NCBI GenBank assembly: GCA_050486505.1
Contig: JBJHDK010000009.1
Coordinates: 1 to 55,358, forward strand
Source of the DNA: Fibrobacteria bacterium
GTDB taxonomy: Bacteria > Fibrobacterota > Fibrobacteria > UBA11236
Direction of reading: 5' to 3'
DNA length: 55,358 bases
Shown here: positions 41,589 through 50,138 of the stretch, piece by piece
How positions within the stretch are numbered: the first letter of the stretch is position 1
Layout of the letters: every line of letters begins with the position of its first letter
Made by a program: the position numbers and the translations under genes
Notes under the pieces: generated by a model
Told to the model about the DNA's origin: nothing
Seen by the model: only the letters and a program-made list of their open reading frames with translations
The model's database searches: none

Positions 41589-42308
41589 TCATAATTCATG
41601 ACTCCCTGCCAACCGCCCCAACGCCGCCACCGGGGCGTGAATCGCCCGCAGGCGTGTCCCGCCCAGGCTGAGCCGGAACACCGGCCCGAACGCAGGATCG
41701 CCCCCGAAGAGAACCCCCAACTCCTCTTTTGAAAACCCGCCCTCGGGTCCCGTCAGCACATGCACTTCCGGAGGGAGCGGCGACGGCACGGTGTCTTCAC
41801 CGGGGTGCGCCACGACAAGGGGAACGGAGGGGTGCGCCGCGCGCCACGCGCGCAGGTCTTGCGGCGGATGGATGCGCGTCAGCCACGACTTCTTCGCCTG
41901 CTTGAGAGCGGTGAGACTTTTCGCGCGCAGACGCTCCACGAGCTTCGCGTGATCCTGACCCTTGAAGGTCTCGCAATGATCGAGACGAAGCAGAAAGAGA
42001 TCGCGCACGTCGAACTCGCACACCGCCTCGGCGGGAGCTTCGGTGTCGCGGCCCTTGAGCAGCGGCAACCCGACCCCGAGTCCCGGAGGCACGGGGTCAT
42101 GGCGCAGGCGACCCGTGATGGAAAGTACTCCCTTCGCGTCCTCAAGCACGGCGCGATGGACCGATCCCTCGCCGTTGGTCACGATGACCTCCGCACCGGG
42201 GCGCAGGCGCAATACCTTGAAGGCATGGCGCGCTTCGTCCTCCGGCAATACCGCCGTGGTCGCGCCTTCGGGCACGGGAGCGTAAAACCAGGTTTCGGAA
42301 AACAACAT
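41589..42308 (-). CDS. rsmE: 16S rRNA m3U1498 methyltransferase
   Basis: EARHAFKVLRLRPG, ALKQA, TGPEGGFS, LSLGGTRLRA. Confidence 0.88.
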   Translation of the reverse strand: MLFSETWFYAPVPEGATTAVLPEDEARHAFKVLRLRPGAEVIVTNGEGSVHRAVLEDAKGVLSITGRLRHDPVPPGLGVGLPLLKGRDTEAPAEAVCEFDVRDLFLLRLDHCETFKGQDHAKLVERLRAKSLTALKQAKKSWLTRIHPPQDLRAWRAAHPSVPLVVAHPGEDTVPSPLPPEVHVLTGPEGGFSKEELGVLFGGDPAFGPVFRLSLGGTRLRAIHAPVAALGRLAGSHEL

Positions 42309-42342
42309 GGGATACTGTGGAAGGGCGACCTGCAGGTCGCCC

Positions 42343-43206
42343 CTACACCTCCGTCCCGTAAACCCTCGCCGGGATTCCCAACGCTTCGACTCGCGCGCGG
42401 ACCTTTTCCAGGAAACCTGCGTCGACCGGAGCGACCGATGCCTCGGCGGGGCGACGCGCCAACGTGTATAACTGCACCTCGAGAATGCGCGCGGCCGTGC
42501 CGCGGATGCGGACGATCCGCGCAAGCCAGGCCTTGATCTCGTCCTCATCCCACCCTTCGCCGTCGATCTTGCAAAAGAACGACTGGATCTTGAAAGGATG
42601 CTTCTTGCCCAGCGCGATCAGGTTCGCCTCGATGCGGTCGAGCGTCACGCGACTGACATTGACGCGCTGGTACCATTCCTCGGTGCCGGCATCGAGCTTG
42701 GCCCACACCTCGCCGCTGCGTGAAAGCAGGTGGTCGATGCCGAGATTCACGGCGGCGCGATCGAGCAAGGTGGCGTTGGTGATGAGCACGAGCTTGAACT
42801 CGAGCTCGGGACGCGACGCCTGCAGGTCGCGCAGCGCGGCGCAGATCGCGGTGAACTCGGGCACCATGGTCGGCTCCCCGTCGCCGGAGAGCGCCACGTC
42901 GCGCAGCATTTTCTGGTCATCGGGGAGCGCGTCGAACAACGGCAGGCGGCACACCCCTTTTTCATCCACCGAATCGAGCAGGGCCTCGACCTCCTCGCGG
43001 ATGCGCGCCACGTCGAGCTGCTGCGGCCGTCCGGGAACCGTGCGATCGACCTGGCAGTAGGGACAGTCGAAGTTGCAGAGCTTGTCGAGGTTGAGGTTCA
43101 CCCCGAAGGACACCCCGCCTGAGCGGCGGGAAAGCACGGGGTAAGCGAAGGTGAAATTCGCGTATTCGCGCGGGTGCAGGGAGTGGAGGTGATTCCGTGT
43201 GGACAC
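42343..43206 (-). CDS. Radical SAM protein (COG0731-like)
   Basis: YPVLSRRSGGVSFGVNL, CNFDCPYC, SGDGEPT, LITNA, KLDAG. Confidence 0.88.
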   Translation of the reverse strand: MSTRNHLHSLHPREYANFTFAYPVLSRRSGGVSFGVNLNLDKLCNFDCPYCQVDRTVPGRPQQLDVARIREEVEALLDSVDEKGVCRLPLFDALPDDQKMLRDVALSGDGEPTMVPEFTAICAALRDLQASRPELEFKLVLITNATLLDRAAVNLGIDHLLSRSGEVWAKLDAGTEEWYQRVNVSRVTLDRIEANLIALGKKHPFKIQSFFCKIDGEGWDEDEIKAWLARIVRIRGTAARILEVQLYTLARRPAEASVAPVDAGFLEKVRARVEALGIPARVYGTEV

Positions 43207-43213
43207 AGGGAAA

Positions 43214-43416
43214 AATTACGAATTACGAGTGACGAATTACGAGTTAAGAGGGATGTGCTATCTGAGGCGACACTGCGAGCAAACCATTACGAGTCAAGTG
43301 GAGCCGAAGGAGGAACCAAAACCACGACTTTTCCGCTCTATTCGATAGGGCCAAGCCGCTTCACACAAGCACTCCCTTGCGTTCACTTCGTAATTCTTAA
43401 TTCTTAATTCGTAATT
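43214..43416. repeat. Inverted heptamer-array element (AATTACG/AATTAAG)
   Basis: Left aattacgaattacgagtgacgaattacgagttaaga and right gttcacttcgtaattcttaattcttaattcgtaatt. Confidence 0.9.
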
Positions 43417-43769
43417 CTCTCACGCTCCCTCTTCGCGGGATCCCGCACCGGCGGCATGTCGTGAATCAGGGGGAGACAATCGGCCGCAGAGCGTTCCAGG
43501 GAATGCTGCAGGTCGCGGCGCTGATCGCGCAGGCGCAGGACACGGTTCTTGAGCGATGCGACGCCTTCCTCGTCCCCGGCTTTTTCGAGTTTCTTGACTT
43601 CAGCCTCCATCTCCGCGATTTCGGCGTCGAGCGCCTGCATCTCGCGCGCCTCCATCTCCATCACCCGGCAAGGATTCCCGTACGGATTCTTGTCGCGCGA
43701 CGCGCACGCAAACAGGGACAGCGACACGACGACGACGAGGAGTAGGCGAAGGAGGACAGGGATTTGCAT
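43404..43769 (-). CDS. Hypothetical coiled-coil lipoprotein
   Basis: Lipobox LFAC followed by a heptad-rich helical body. Confidence 0.7.
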   Translation of the reverse strand: MQIPVLLRLLLVVVVSLSLFACASRDKNPYGNPCRVMEMEAREMQALDAEIAEMEAEVKKLEKAGDEEGVASLKNRVLRLRDQRRDLQHSLERSAADCLPLIHDMPPVRDPAKRERERITN

Positions 43770-43877
43770 GTTCTGAAGATATCGTCGTTTCCCCCCGAGC
43801 GCCGGGAATGTTTGGCCGAACGGCGAGAATGAACGAAGCCGCCACCCGGTTCCCGAATCGGGACCGCCGACCTCTTA

Positions 43878-44012
43878 AATCCTACTATTGTAATAGGCTT
43901 AATCGGGGGCATTCTCCGGGGATTTCCCCCTGACAGGGGGTTTTTTGTAGAATATCGCGGGATTGGAGGGGGTTGGAGAACCCCGCATATTCTTACTAAA
44001 GTTGTAGGCTAA
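43878..44012 (+). promoter_or_regulatory. Two putative Rrf2-family (IscR/CymR-like) operator boxes upstream of cysD
   Basis: aatcctactattgtaataggctta (43878-43901) and attcttactaaagttgtaggctaa (43989-44012): 17/24 identical, imperfect palindromes. Confidence 0.55.
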
Positions 44013-44028
44013 CAACGGAGAAGGGCCC

Positions 44029-44910
44029 GTGCAAGACCATCTCGACCAACTCGAAAACCAGAGCGTGTACATCCTCCGGGAAGCGTACGCAAACTTCAAA
44101 AATCTCGCCATGCTGTGGTCCATCGGCAAGGACAGCACCGTGCTGCTGTGGCTCGCGCGCAAGGCGTTCTTCGGCCATGTACCGATCACCTTGGTGCACA
44201 TCGATACGAGCTACAAGATCCCCGCGATGATCGAGTACCGCGACAAGCTCGCGCTGGACTGGAACCTGAACATGGTCTACGGCCAGAACGTCGAAGCGCT
44301 GAAGAACAAGGAAACCTACCCCGACGGCAAGCTGACGCGCCTGCAGTGCTGCAAGGCCCTGAAGACCGACGCGCTGCGCAACACGCTCTCGGGCGCTTGG
44401 CCGCGCTTCCGCATGAACCACGCCCTCGGCAAGTACGAGGTGGACGCGAACACCGCGCCCTACACCGGCGTGATCGTGGGCGCCCGCGCCGACGAGGAAG
44501 GCTCGCGCTCGAAGGAACGTTATTTCTCGCCGCGCGACAAGAACAGCGAGTGGGACGTGGGCGATCAGCCGCCCGAGTTGTGGAACCAGTTCAAGACCGA
44601 CTTCGCGCCGGGCACGCACGTGCGCGTGCATCCCCTGCTCGACTGGACGGAGCTCAACATCTGGGAATACATCCAGCGCGAGAACATCCCCATCATCGAC
44701 CTGTACTTCAACAGGGGTGACGGGAAGCGCTATCGTTCCCTGGGTTGCGCGCCCTGCACCGGCATGGTCGACTCGGACGCGCGCAACGTGGACGAGATCG
44801 TCGAGGAACTGAAGACCGGCAAGTTCAGCAACATCGCGGAGCGGTCAGGCCGCGCGCAGGACAAAGAGGACGGCGGGCTCGAAACCCTCCGTAGAGACGG
44901 GTACATGTGA
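44029..44910 (+). CDS. cysD: Sulfate adenylyltransferase subunit 2
   Basis: [51 protein letters not shown]. Confidence 0.95.
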   Translation: MQDHLDQLENQSVYILREAYANFKNLAMLWSIGKDSTVLLWLARKAFFGHVPITLVHIDTSYKIPAMIEYRDKLALDWNLNMVYGQNVEALKNKETYPDGKLTRLQCCKALKTDALRNTLSGAWPRFRMNHALGKYEVDANTAPYTGVIVGARADEEGSRSKERYFSPRDKNSEWDVGDQPPELWNQFKTDFAPGTHVRVHPLLDWTELNIWEYIQRENIPIIDLYFNRGDGKRYRSLGCAPCTGMVDSDARNVDEIVEELKTGKFSNIAERSGRAQDKEDGGLETLRRDGYM

Positions 44911-46598
44911 TGGGCAATTCTACCGTACGGACGACGCATGCGTCGTCCCAACTGGATTCTTCTTCCCCCGCCGACGCGCGCGAACGCGCCCGCATGGACA
45001 TCGTCATCGTGGGCCACGTGGACCACGGCAAAAGCACCGTGATCGGCCGCCTGCTGGCCGACACCGGCTCCCTCCCCGAGGGAAAGCTCGAGTCGATCCG
45101 CGAATACTGCGCCCGCAACGCGCGCCCCTTCGAATACGCCTTTCTGCTCGACGCGCTCAAGGACGAGCAGGCGCAGGGCATCACCATCGACACGGCCCGC
45201 ACGTTCTTCAAGTCGAGCCGCCGCGATTACGTCATCATCGACGCGCCGGGGCACATCGAGTTCCTGAAGAACATGGTGACCGGCGCCGCGCGCGCCGAGG
45301 CGGCCGTGCTCGTGATCGACGCGAAGGAAGGCATCCAGGAGAACAGCAAGCGCCACGGCTACCTGCTGTCGATGCTGGGCATCAAGCAAATCGTGGTCGC
45401 GGTGAACAAGATGGATCTGGTGGACTACTCGAAGGAAGTCTTCGAGGACATCCGCGACGAATACGTGGCCTTCCTCGCGCGCATCGGCGCGACCCCGCGC
45501 TTCTTCGTGCCGCTCGCGGCCTTCCCCGGCGAAGGCATGGTGGGCCCCTCGGAGAAGATGCCCTGGTACAAGGGCCCCGACCTGCTCGCGGCGGTGGACG
45601 CCTTCGAGAAGGCCCCGTCGAAATCGGACCAGCCCTTCCGCCTGCCCGTGCAGGACGTGTACAAGTTCACGGCCCGCGGCGACGACCGCCGCATCACGAC
45701 CGGGCGCGTCGAGTCGGGCACGCTGCGCGTGGGCGACAAGGTGGTGTTCCACCCCTCCGGCAAGTCGAGCACGGTGAAGAGCATCGAGGCGTTCAGCGCG
45801 CCGAAGCGCGACTCGGTGGAGGCGGGAACCTCGACTGGCGTAACGCTCACGTCGCAGCTCTACGTGAATCGCGGCGAGATCATGGTGCGCGCCGACGAGC
45901 CCGCGCCGCAGGTGTCGGACCGCATCCGCGCCAACGTGTTCTGGATGGGCCGCGCGCCCTTCCGCATGGGCCGCGAGTATTTCCTCAAGCTGGGCACGGC
46001 CAAAGTGCCGGCGCGGCTCGAGCACATCAATTTCAAGATCGACGCCTCGGAGAGCGGCAGCGAGGCGAGCACCGAGATGGTGGAACGCCACGACGTGGCC
46101 GACGTGGTGCTGCAACTGCGCAAGCCCATCGCGTTCGACCCGACGTCCCTCCTCGAGGGGACGGGGCGCTTCGTGATCGTGGACGAGTACGAGATCGCGG
46201 GCGGCGGCATCATCCGCGAGGCGTTGTCGGACGATGCGCGCATGGCCGACGAAGCCGCCCGCGCCGCGGCAGGGAGCCTGTGGGCGCGCGAGGTCGAACC
46301 GGGCCGGGTGATTTTCCTGGCGGGTTCCGACGCGGCGCTCGACGGGGCCGCCGACATGCTGCGCGAGCGGCACCCGGTGCTGGGCCCGCTGAAGCCGGAG
46401 CGTGCCGGCGAAGGGCTCGATGCGCTGGCGGAGACGCTGTTCCACGTCGCGACGGCCGGCGTGACCGTCTTCGTGCGCCTCGACGAGCTGGATTCCTTCG
46501 ACGTGGAACGCCTCGATGCGCGCCTCGCGTCGGTGCCGCGCCGCTGGGTGCGCACCGCGGAGGAAGCCGCCGCACTGGCGAAGGAGTTCGGAGCCTGA
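44910..46598 (+). CDS. cysN: Sulfate adenylyltransferase subunit 1 (GTPase) with C-terminal extension
   Basis: [43 protein letters not shown]. Confidence 0.93.
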   Translation: MGNSTVRTTHASSQLDSSSPADARERARMDIVIVGHVDHGKSTVIGRLLADTGSLPEGKLESIREYCARNARPFEYAFLLDALKDEQAQGITIDTARTFFKSSRRDYVIIDAPGHIEFLKNMVTGAARAEAAVLVIDAKEGIQENSKRHGYLLSMLGIKQIVVAVNKMDLVDYSKEVFEDIRDEYVAFLARIGATPRFFVPLAAFPGEGMVGPSEKMPWYKGPDLLAAVDAFEKAPSKSDQPFRLPVQDVYKFTARGDDRRITTGRVESGTLRVGDKVVFHPSGKSSTVKSIEAFSAPKRDSVEAGTSTGVTLTSQLYVNRGEIMVRADEPAPQVSDRIRANVFWMGRAPFRMGREYFLKLGTAKVPARLEHINFKIDASESGSEASTEMVERHDVADVVLQLRKPIAFDPTSLLEGTGRFVIVDEYEIAGGGIIREALSDDARMADEAARAAAGSLWAREVEPGRVIFLAGSDAALDGAADMLRERHPVLGPLKPERAGEGLDALAETLFHVATAGVTVFVRLDELDSFDVERLDARLASVPRRWVRTAEEAAALAKEFGA

Positions 46599-46614
46599 TT
46601 CCGGAGAGCACCCC

Positions 46615-47214
46615 ATGACGCCTTCGCCCGACATCGTCCCCCAGAAAACCGCCGTTTCGCGCGCAGACCGCGCGCGCGTGACGGGGCAGCGCGGCGTCGT
46701 GTTGTGGTTCACGGGATTGTCGGGCAGCGGAAAGTCGACGGTGGCGAGCGCGGTGGAAGCGCGGCTGAACGCGGCGGGTCGCCTGACGTATCTGCTCGAC
46801 GGAGATAATGTGCGTGGGGGCCTCTGCGCCGACCTCGGGTTTTCGGATGCGGACCGTCAGGAGAACATCCGCCGGGTCGCGCACGTCGCGCGCCTCTTCT
46901 GGGACGCGAACGTGATCACGCTGGTCTCTTTCATCTCGCCCTTCCGCGCGGAGCGTCGCTTGGCGCGTGACCTGATCGGCGAAGACTTTGTCGAGGTGTT
47001 CGTGGATGCGCCGCTGGACGTGTGCGAGCAGCGCGACGTGAAGGGCCTCTACAAGAAGGCCCGCGCGGGCAAGATCCCTGCCTTCACGGGGATCTCGTCG
47101 CCGTATGAGGCGCCGGAATCGCCGGAGATCCACCTGAAGACGGGCGAGGAGACGCTGGAGCAGAGTGCGGAGCGGGTGTTGGCGTGGTTGCGGGAGAAGG
47201 GGTACACCGCGTAA
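46615..47214 (+). CDS. cysC: Adenylyl-sulfate kinase
   Basis: [42 protein letters not shown]. Confidence 0.96.
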   Translation: MTPSPDIVPQKTAVSRADRARVTGQRGVVLWFTGLSGSGKSTVASAVEARLNAAGRLTYLLDGDNVRGGLCADLGFSDADRQENIRRVAHVARLFWDANVITLVSFISPFRAERRLARDLIGEDFVEVFVDAPLDVCEQRDVKGLYKKARAGKIPAFTGISSPYEAPESPEIHLKTGEETLEQSAERVLAWLREKGYTA

Positions 47215-47258
47215 GATTCTGCTTTCGTCACCCGTTTTCTCAGTTTCAGTTGCCTCCC

Positions 47259-47831
47259 ATGCTCCTCACTCAAGCCGAACTCCACGCCATCAAGTCCGGA
47301 ACGCAAACCCGCGTTTACCGACGCTGGAAGCGGCCCGGCGTGAAAACCGGGGGCACGCTGAAAACCAGCATCGGGCTCCTGGCCATCGACCGCGTCACCC
47401 CGATCGAACGCGACCGCATCACCGCGCGTGACGCCAAACAGGCCGGGCACGACTCCCTGCCCGAACTGCTGGCCCTGCTGGACGCACGCGAAGGCGACCT
47501 CTACCGCATCGACGTCCGTTATGCAGGCACCGACCCGCGCATCAAGCTCCGCGAGAACGACACGCTGGAACCGCAAGCATTGCAGGCACTCCTCGCCGCA
47601 CTGGCGCGACTCGACAAGGCCTCCAAAACCGGCCCGTGGACCAAAACCGTCCTGAAGGCCATCGAGCGGAATCCTCATGTCGCCGCGGTCACGCTGGCGA
47701 CGCGCACCGGGTATGAAAAGGAATGGCTCAAGCTCAACATCCGCAAGCTCAAGAACCTCGGCCTCACCATCAGCCACGAGCCCGGGTACGAGCTTTCGCC
47801 GCGGGGGAAGGCGCTCCTGTCCGGTCTTTGA
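47259..47831 (+). CDS. Conserved hypothetical protein (ASCH-like N-terminus, winged-helix-like C-terminus)
   Basis: IKSGTQTRVYRRWKRP, DAKQAG, DPRIKLRE, KLNIRKLKNLGLTIS...GYELSPRG. Confidence 0.75.
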   Translation: MLLTQAELHAIKSGTQTRVYRRWKRPGVKTGGTLKTSIGLLAIDRVTPIERDRITARDAKQAGHDSLPELLALLDAREGDLYRIDVRYAGTDPRIKLRENDTLEPQALQALLAALARLDKASKTGPWTKTVLKAIERNPHVAAVTLATRTGYEKEWLKLNIRKLKNLGLTISHEPGYELSPRGKALLSGL

Positions 47832-47966
47832 CTCCGGCGTCTGTCTGAAGACACGGGAAAACAGCCTGTTTTCAGCCTGGATTCACGGGCTACTCCATGC
47901 CGTAGCACAAGGGTGTATGTTAGAGGAAACGGTTCAAGAACATCCTTGGGCAGAACGAGAAATCAC

Positions 47967-48578
47967 ATGAGCAAAGATGTCTTCATTTACCGGGTTGACG
48001 GCACCGACACCATTATCAGCATCAGTGACAACTGGTCCGCCTTCGCCAGTGAGAACGCTTGGAGCGGACCCGTGTGCCCGGAAGATGTGGTTGGCCACAA
48101 GCTATGGGATTTCATTCAGGACATTGAAACTCAGCATTTATATAGAGAGCTATTCAAGCGTGTTCGGACGGGTACGCCTTCACGGACAATTCCCTTCCGG
48201 TGCGACTCTCCGGGGGAACGAAGGCACCTGACGCTCTTGATCAAGGCCCTGCCGAACGGGCACGTCGAAATCACAAGCACAATCTCCCGGACAGAGGCTC
48301 GGGATCCCATCAGCCTGCTTGATCCGAGTACACCGAGATCATCGGAGATGGTCACGGTCTGCAGCATGTGCAAGAAAATGAAAGTCTCTGCGGAGGAATG
48401 GGCCGATCTCGAAGAAGGATTGCTGCAGCTCAAACTCTTTGAGGCCGACAAGATGCCCCAATTGAGTCACGGACTGTGTCCTTCATGCCATCAAGTGGCG
48501 ATGGATGATCTGAATGACTTCAGAGCTTCAAAAAAATCCGGGCAGCGGAAGGCGTCGAAGGATTCAACCCGCAGGTAA
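47967..48578 (+). CDS. Hypothetical protein: PAS-like domain plus C-terminal CxxC..SHGLCxxC motif
   Basis: W.AFASEN, VVGHKLWDFI, FRCDSPGERR, CSMCKK, LSHGLCPSC. GC is lower than in the flanking genes. Confidence 0.75.
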   Translation: MSKDVFIYRVDGTDTIISISDNWSAFASENAWSGPVCPEDVVGHKLWDFIQDIETQHLYRELFKRVRTGTPSRTIPFRCDSPGERRHLTLLIKALPNGHVEITSTISRTEARDPISLLDPSTPRSSEMVTVCSMCKKMKVSAEEWADLEEGLLQLKLFEADKMPQLSHGLCPSCHQVAMDDLNDFRASKKSGQRKASKDSTRR

Positions 48579-48750
48579 AGCGTCCGGGAATCGTTTTGAT
48601 CCTGGGCTCCGTTCCGCCCTTCCCGAGCATGTGGATGCTCTCTGAACGCATTGAGTTCATGAGCCAAAGCCATCCCTCGCCGCTTCGGGATACTAGGTTT
48701 CCTGCGTAACGACATCTGATCACTCAGTCCACTTCGACCCGGGAGCGCCC

Positions 48751-48921
48751 ATGAGCAATGCAGGAGGATTCGGCGGCACTTATTTTCTGGCCTTCGTTGG
48801 CGCGGCGGTTTACTTCATCCAGCAATCCACCTCATTCTGGGACGGCGTCGTGGGGTTCCTGAAGGCCCTGGTGTGGCCGGCCGTCCTGATGTATCACTTG
48901 TTGCAGCACCTGAACATGTGA
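48751..48921 (+). CDS. Small 56-aa membrane protein (absent from the ORF track)
   Basis: GGAG RBS, then MSNAGGFGGTYFLAFVGAAVYFIQQSTSFWDGVVGFLKALVWPAVLMYHLLQHLNM. Confidence 0.75.
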   Translation: MSNAGGFGGTYFLAFVGAAVYFIQQSTSFWDGVVGFLKALVWPAVLMYHLLQHLNM

Positions 48922-48947
48922 AGCCCTTCCACCATTTTTTCCCTCGC

Positions 48948-49337
48948 ATGCATCCCGACATCCGCGCCTACAACACCGCCCTCTCCCCCGCCGACCGGGC
49001 CATCTGCGACCTGCTCGCCACGACGATCGATGCGCACCTCCCCAAGGCGGAGAACAAGATCTGGCACCGCCACCCGGTGTGGTTCCTGGACGGGAACCCG
49101 ATCGTGGGGTACAGCAAGCAGAAACCGGGGATCCGCCTGATGTTCTGGAGTGGAAAGGATTTCGACGAGCCGGGGCTGAACGTCGCCGGCGGCAAATTCA
49201 AGGATGCCTCCGTGTTCTACAATGCCACCGATGAGGTCGATCTCAAGGCCCTCAAGCGCTGGCTGAAAACATCGACGGCTATCCAGTGGGACTACAAGAA
49301 CATCATGAAGAACAAAGGCCTGCTGCGGCTGAAGTGA
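48948..49337 (+). CDS. DUF1801 (YdhG-like) protein
   Basis: AENKIWHRHPVWFLDGNPIVGYSK, LMFWSG, QWDYKNI. Confidence 0.88.
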   Translation: MHPDIRAYNTALSPADRAICDLLATTIDAHLPKAENKIWHRHPVWFLDGNPIVGYSKQKPGIRLMFWSGKDFDEPGLNVAGGKFKDASVFYNATDEVDLKALKRWLKTSTAIQWDYKNIMKNKGLLRLK

Positions 49338-49406
49338 GCCTGTTCACCGGGCGGTGGCGGAGCCGGAACGAATCGCACGGCATGCCATGAGAGACACAGT
49401 GGACAA

Positions 49407-49450
49407 CAAAAAACCCCGGTACACCGTCTTACGGGCGAACCGGGGCCTTG
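49407..49450 (-). terminator. Intrinsic terminator after hsp20
   Basis: aaaaaaccccggt...accgggg hairpin with a U-tail on the minus strand. Confidence 0.6.
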
Positions 49451-49509
49451 TGTTTCGACCGATCACTGAGTGCCCGCCAACGGCGGGTGTATTGAAGCGG
49501 TCGAGGGTG

Positions 49510-49917
49510 TTACCGGATCTCGATCGCCCGGGGACGCGCCTCTTCGACCTTCGGGATGCGCAGCGTCAGCGCACCGTCCTTGAAGTTCGCCTCGATCGCA
49601 TCGGCCTTCGCGTTCGCCGGAAGCTCGAAGCTGCGGGAGAAGCTACCGTAGCGCGACTCCACGTAGCGATACTTGCCTTCCTCACCGCGCGACACGGCCT
49701 CCTTCTTGCCGCTCAACACGAGGTGATTGTCCTTCACCTCCACCGAAATGTTCTCGCGGGCAACGCCCGGAAGCTCGGCGCGGAGCACGTAAGCATCGCC
49801 TTCCTCGACCACATCCACGGCCGGGACGAAGCTGTTGGCGCCGCGCCAGTTGCGGTCGAGGTCGGTGAAGAACTGGTCGATCCAGTTGACGGGGTGGTTG
49901 GAAACTGCGTAGGTCAT
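49510..49917 (-). CDS. Hsp20/alpha-crystallin small heat shock protein
   Basis: PAVDVVE, AELPGV, YGSFSRSFELP, IEANFKDGALTLRIPK. AGGAGG RBS. Confidence 0.95.
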   Translation of the reverse strand: MTYAVSNHPVNWIDQFFTDLDRNWRGANSFVPAVDVVEEGDAYVLRAELPGVARENISVEVKDNHLVLSGKKEAVSRGEEGKYRYVESRYGSFSRSFELPANAKADAIEANFKDGALTLRIPKVEEARPRAIEIR

Positions 49918-49982
49918 GGTATCCTCCTGTTGTTTGTTCGTAATGTGAATCGCCGGACATCCGGCAGACGCGGAGAGGTATC

Positions 49983-49997
49983 GCAAGGCCCATGCCA
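49983..49997 (-). promoter_or_regulatory. Putative sigma54 -24/-12 promoter of hsp20
   Basis: Minus strand TGGCAT-GGGCC-TTGC matches TGGCAY-N5-TTGC, ~65 nt upstream of the ATG. Confidence 0.65.
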
Positions 49998-50138
49998 TCC
50001 CGGCCGGGAACCCGAAAAGGGGCGGGGGCCCGGATTTCAGCCCCCGAAACCTTGGGGGAATGCAGGGAGTCCCCCCATCCTTTTCAGGGTCGAACACCCG
50101 GTAAAACAGACCGTCCGGGTTTGATACATTCCCGCTCC

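Larger units (their letters stand above)
41041..41604. repeat. Inverted heptamer-array element (GAGTTAT) enclosing ~500 bp of cargo
   Basis: 34-nt arms at 41041-41074 and 41571-41604, matching at 30/34 positions when inverted. Confidence 0.88.

Noticed and set aside
17950..43416. CRISPR interpretation of the repeated AATTACG sequences
   Set aside because: The repeats are contiguous 7-mers without regular unique spacers, and there are no cas genes.
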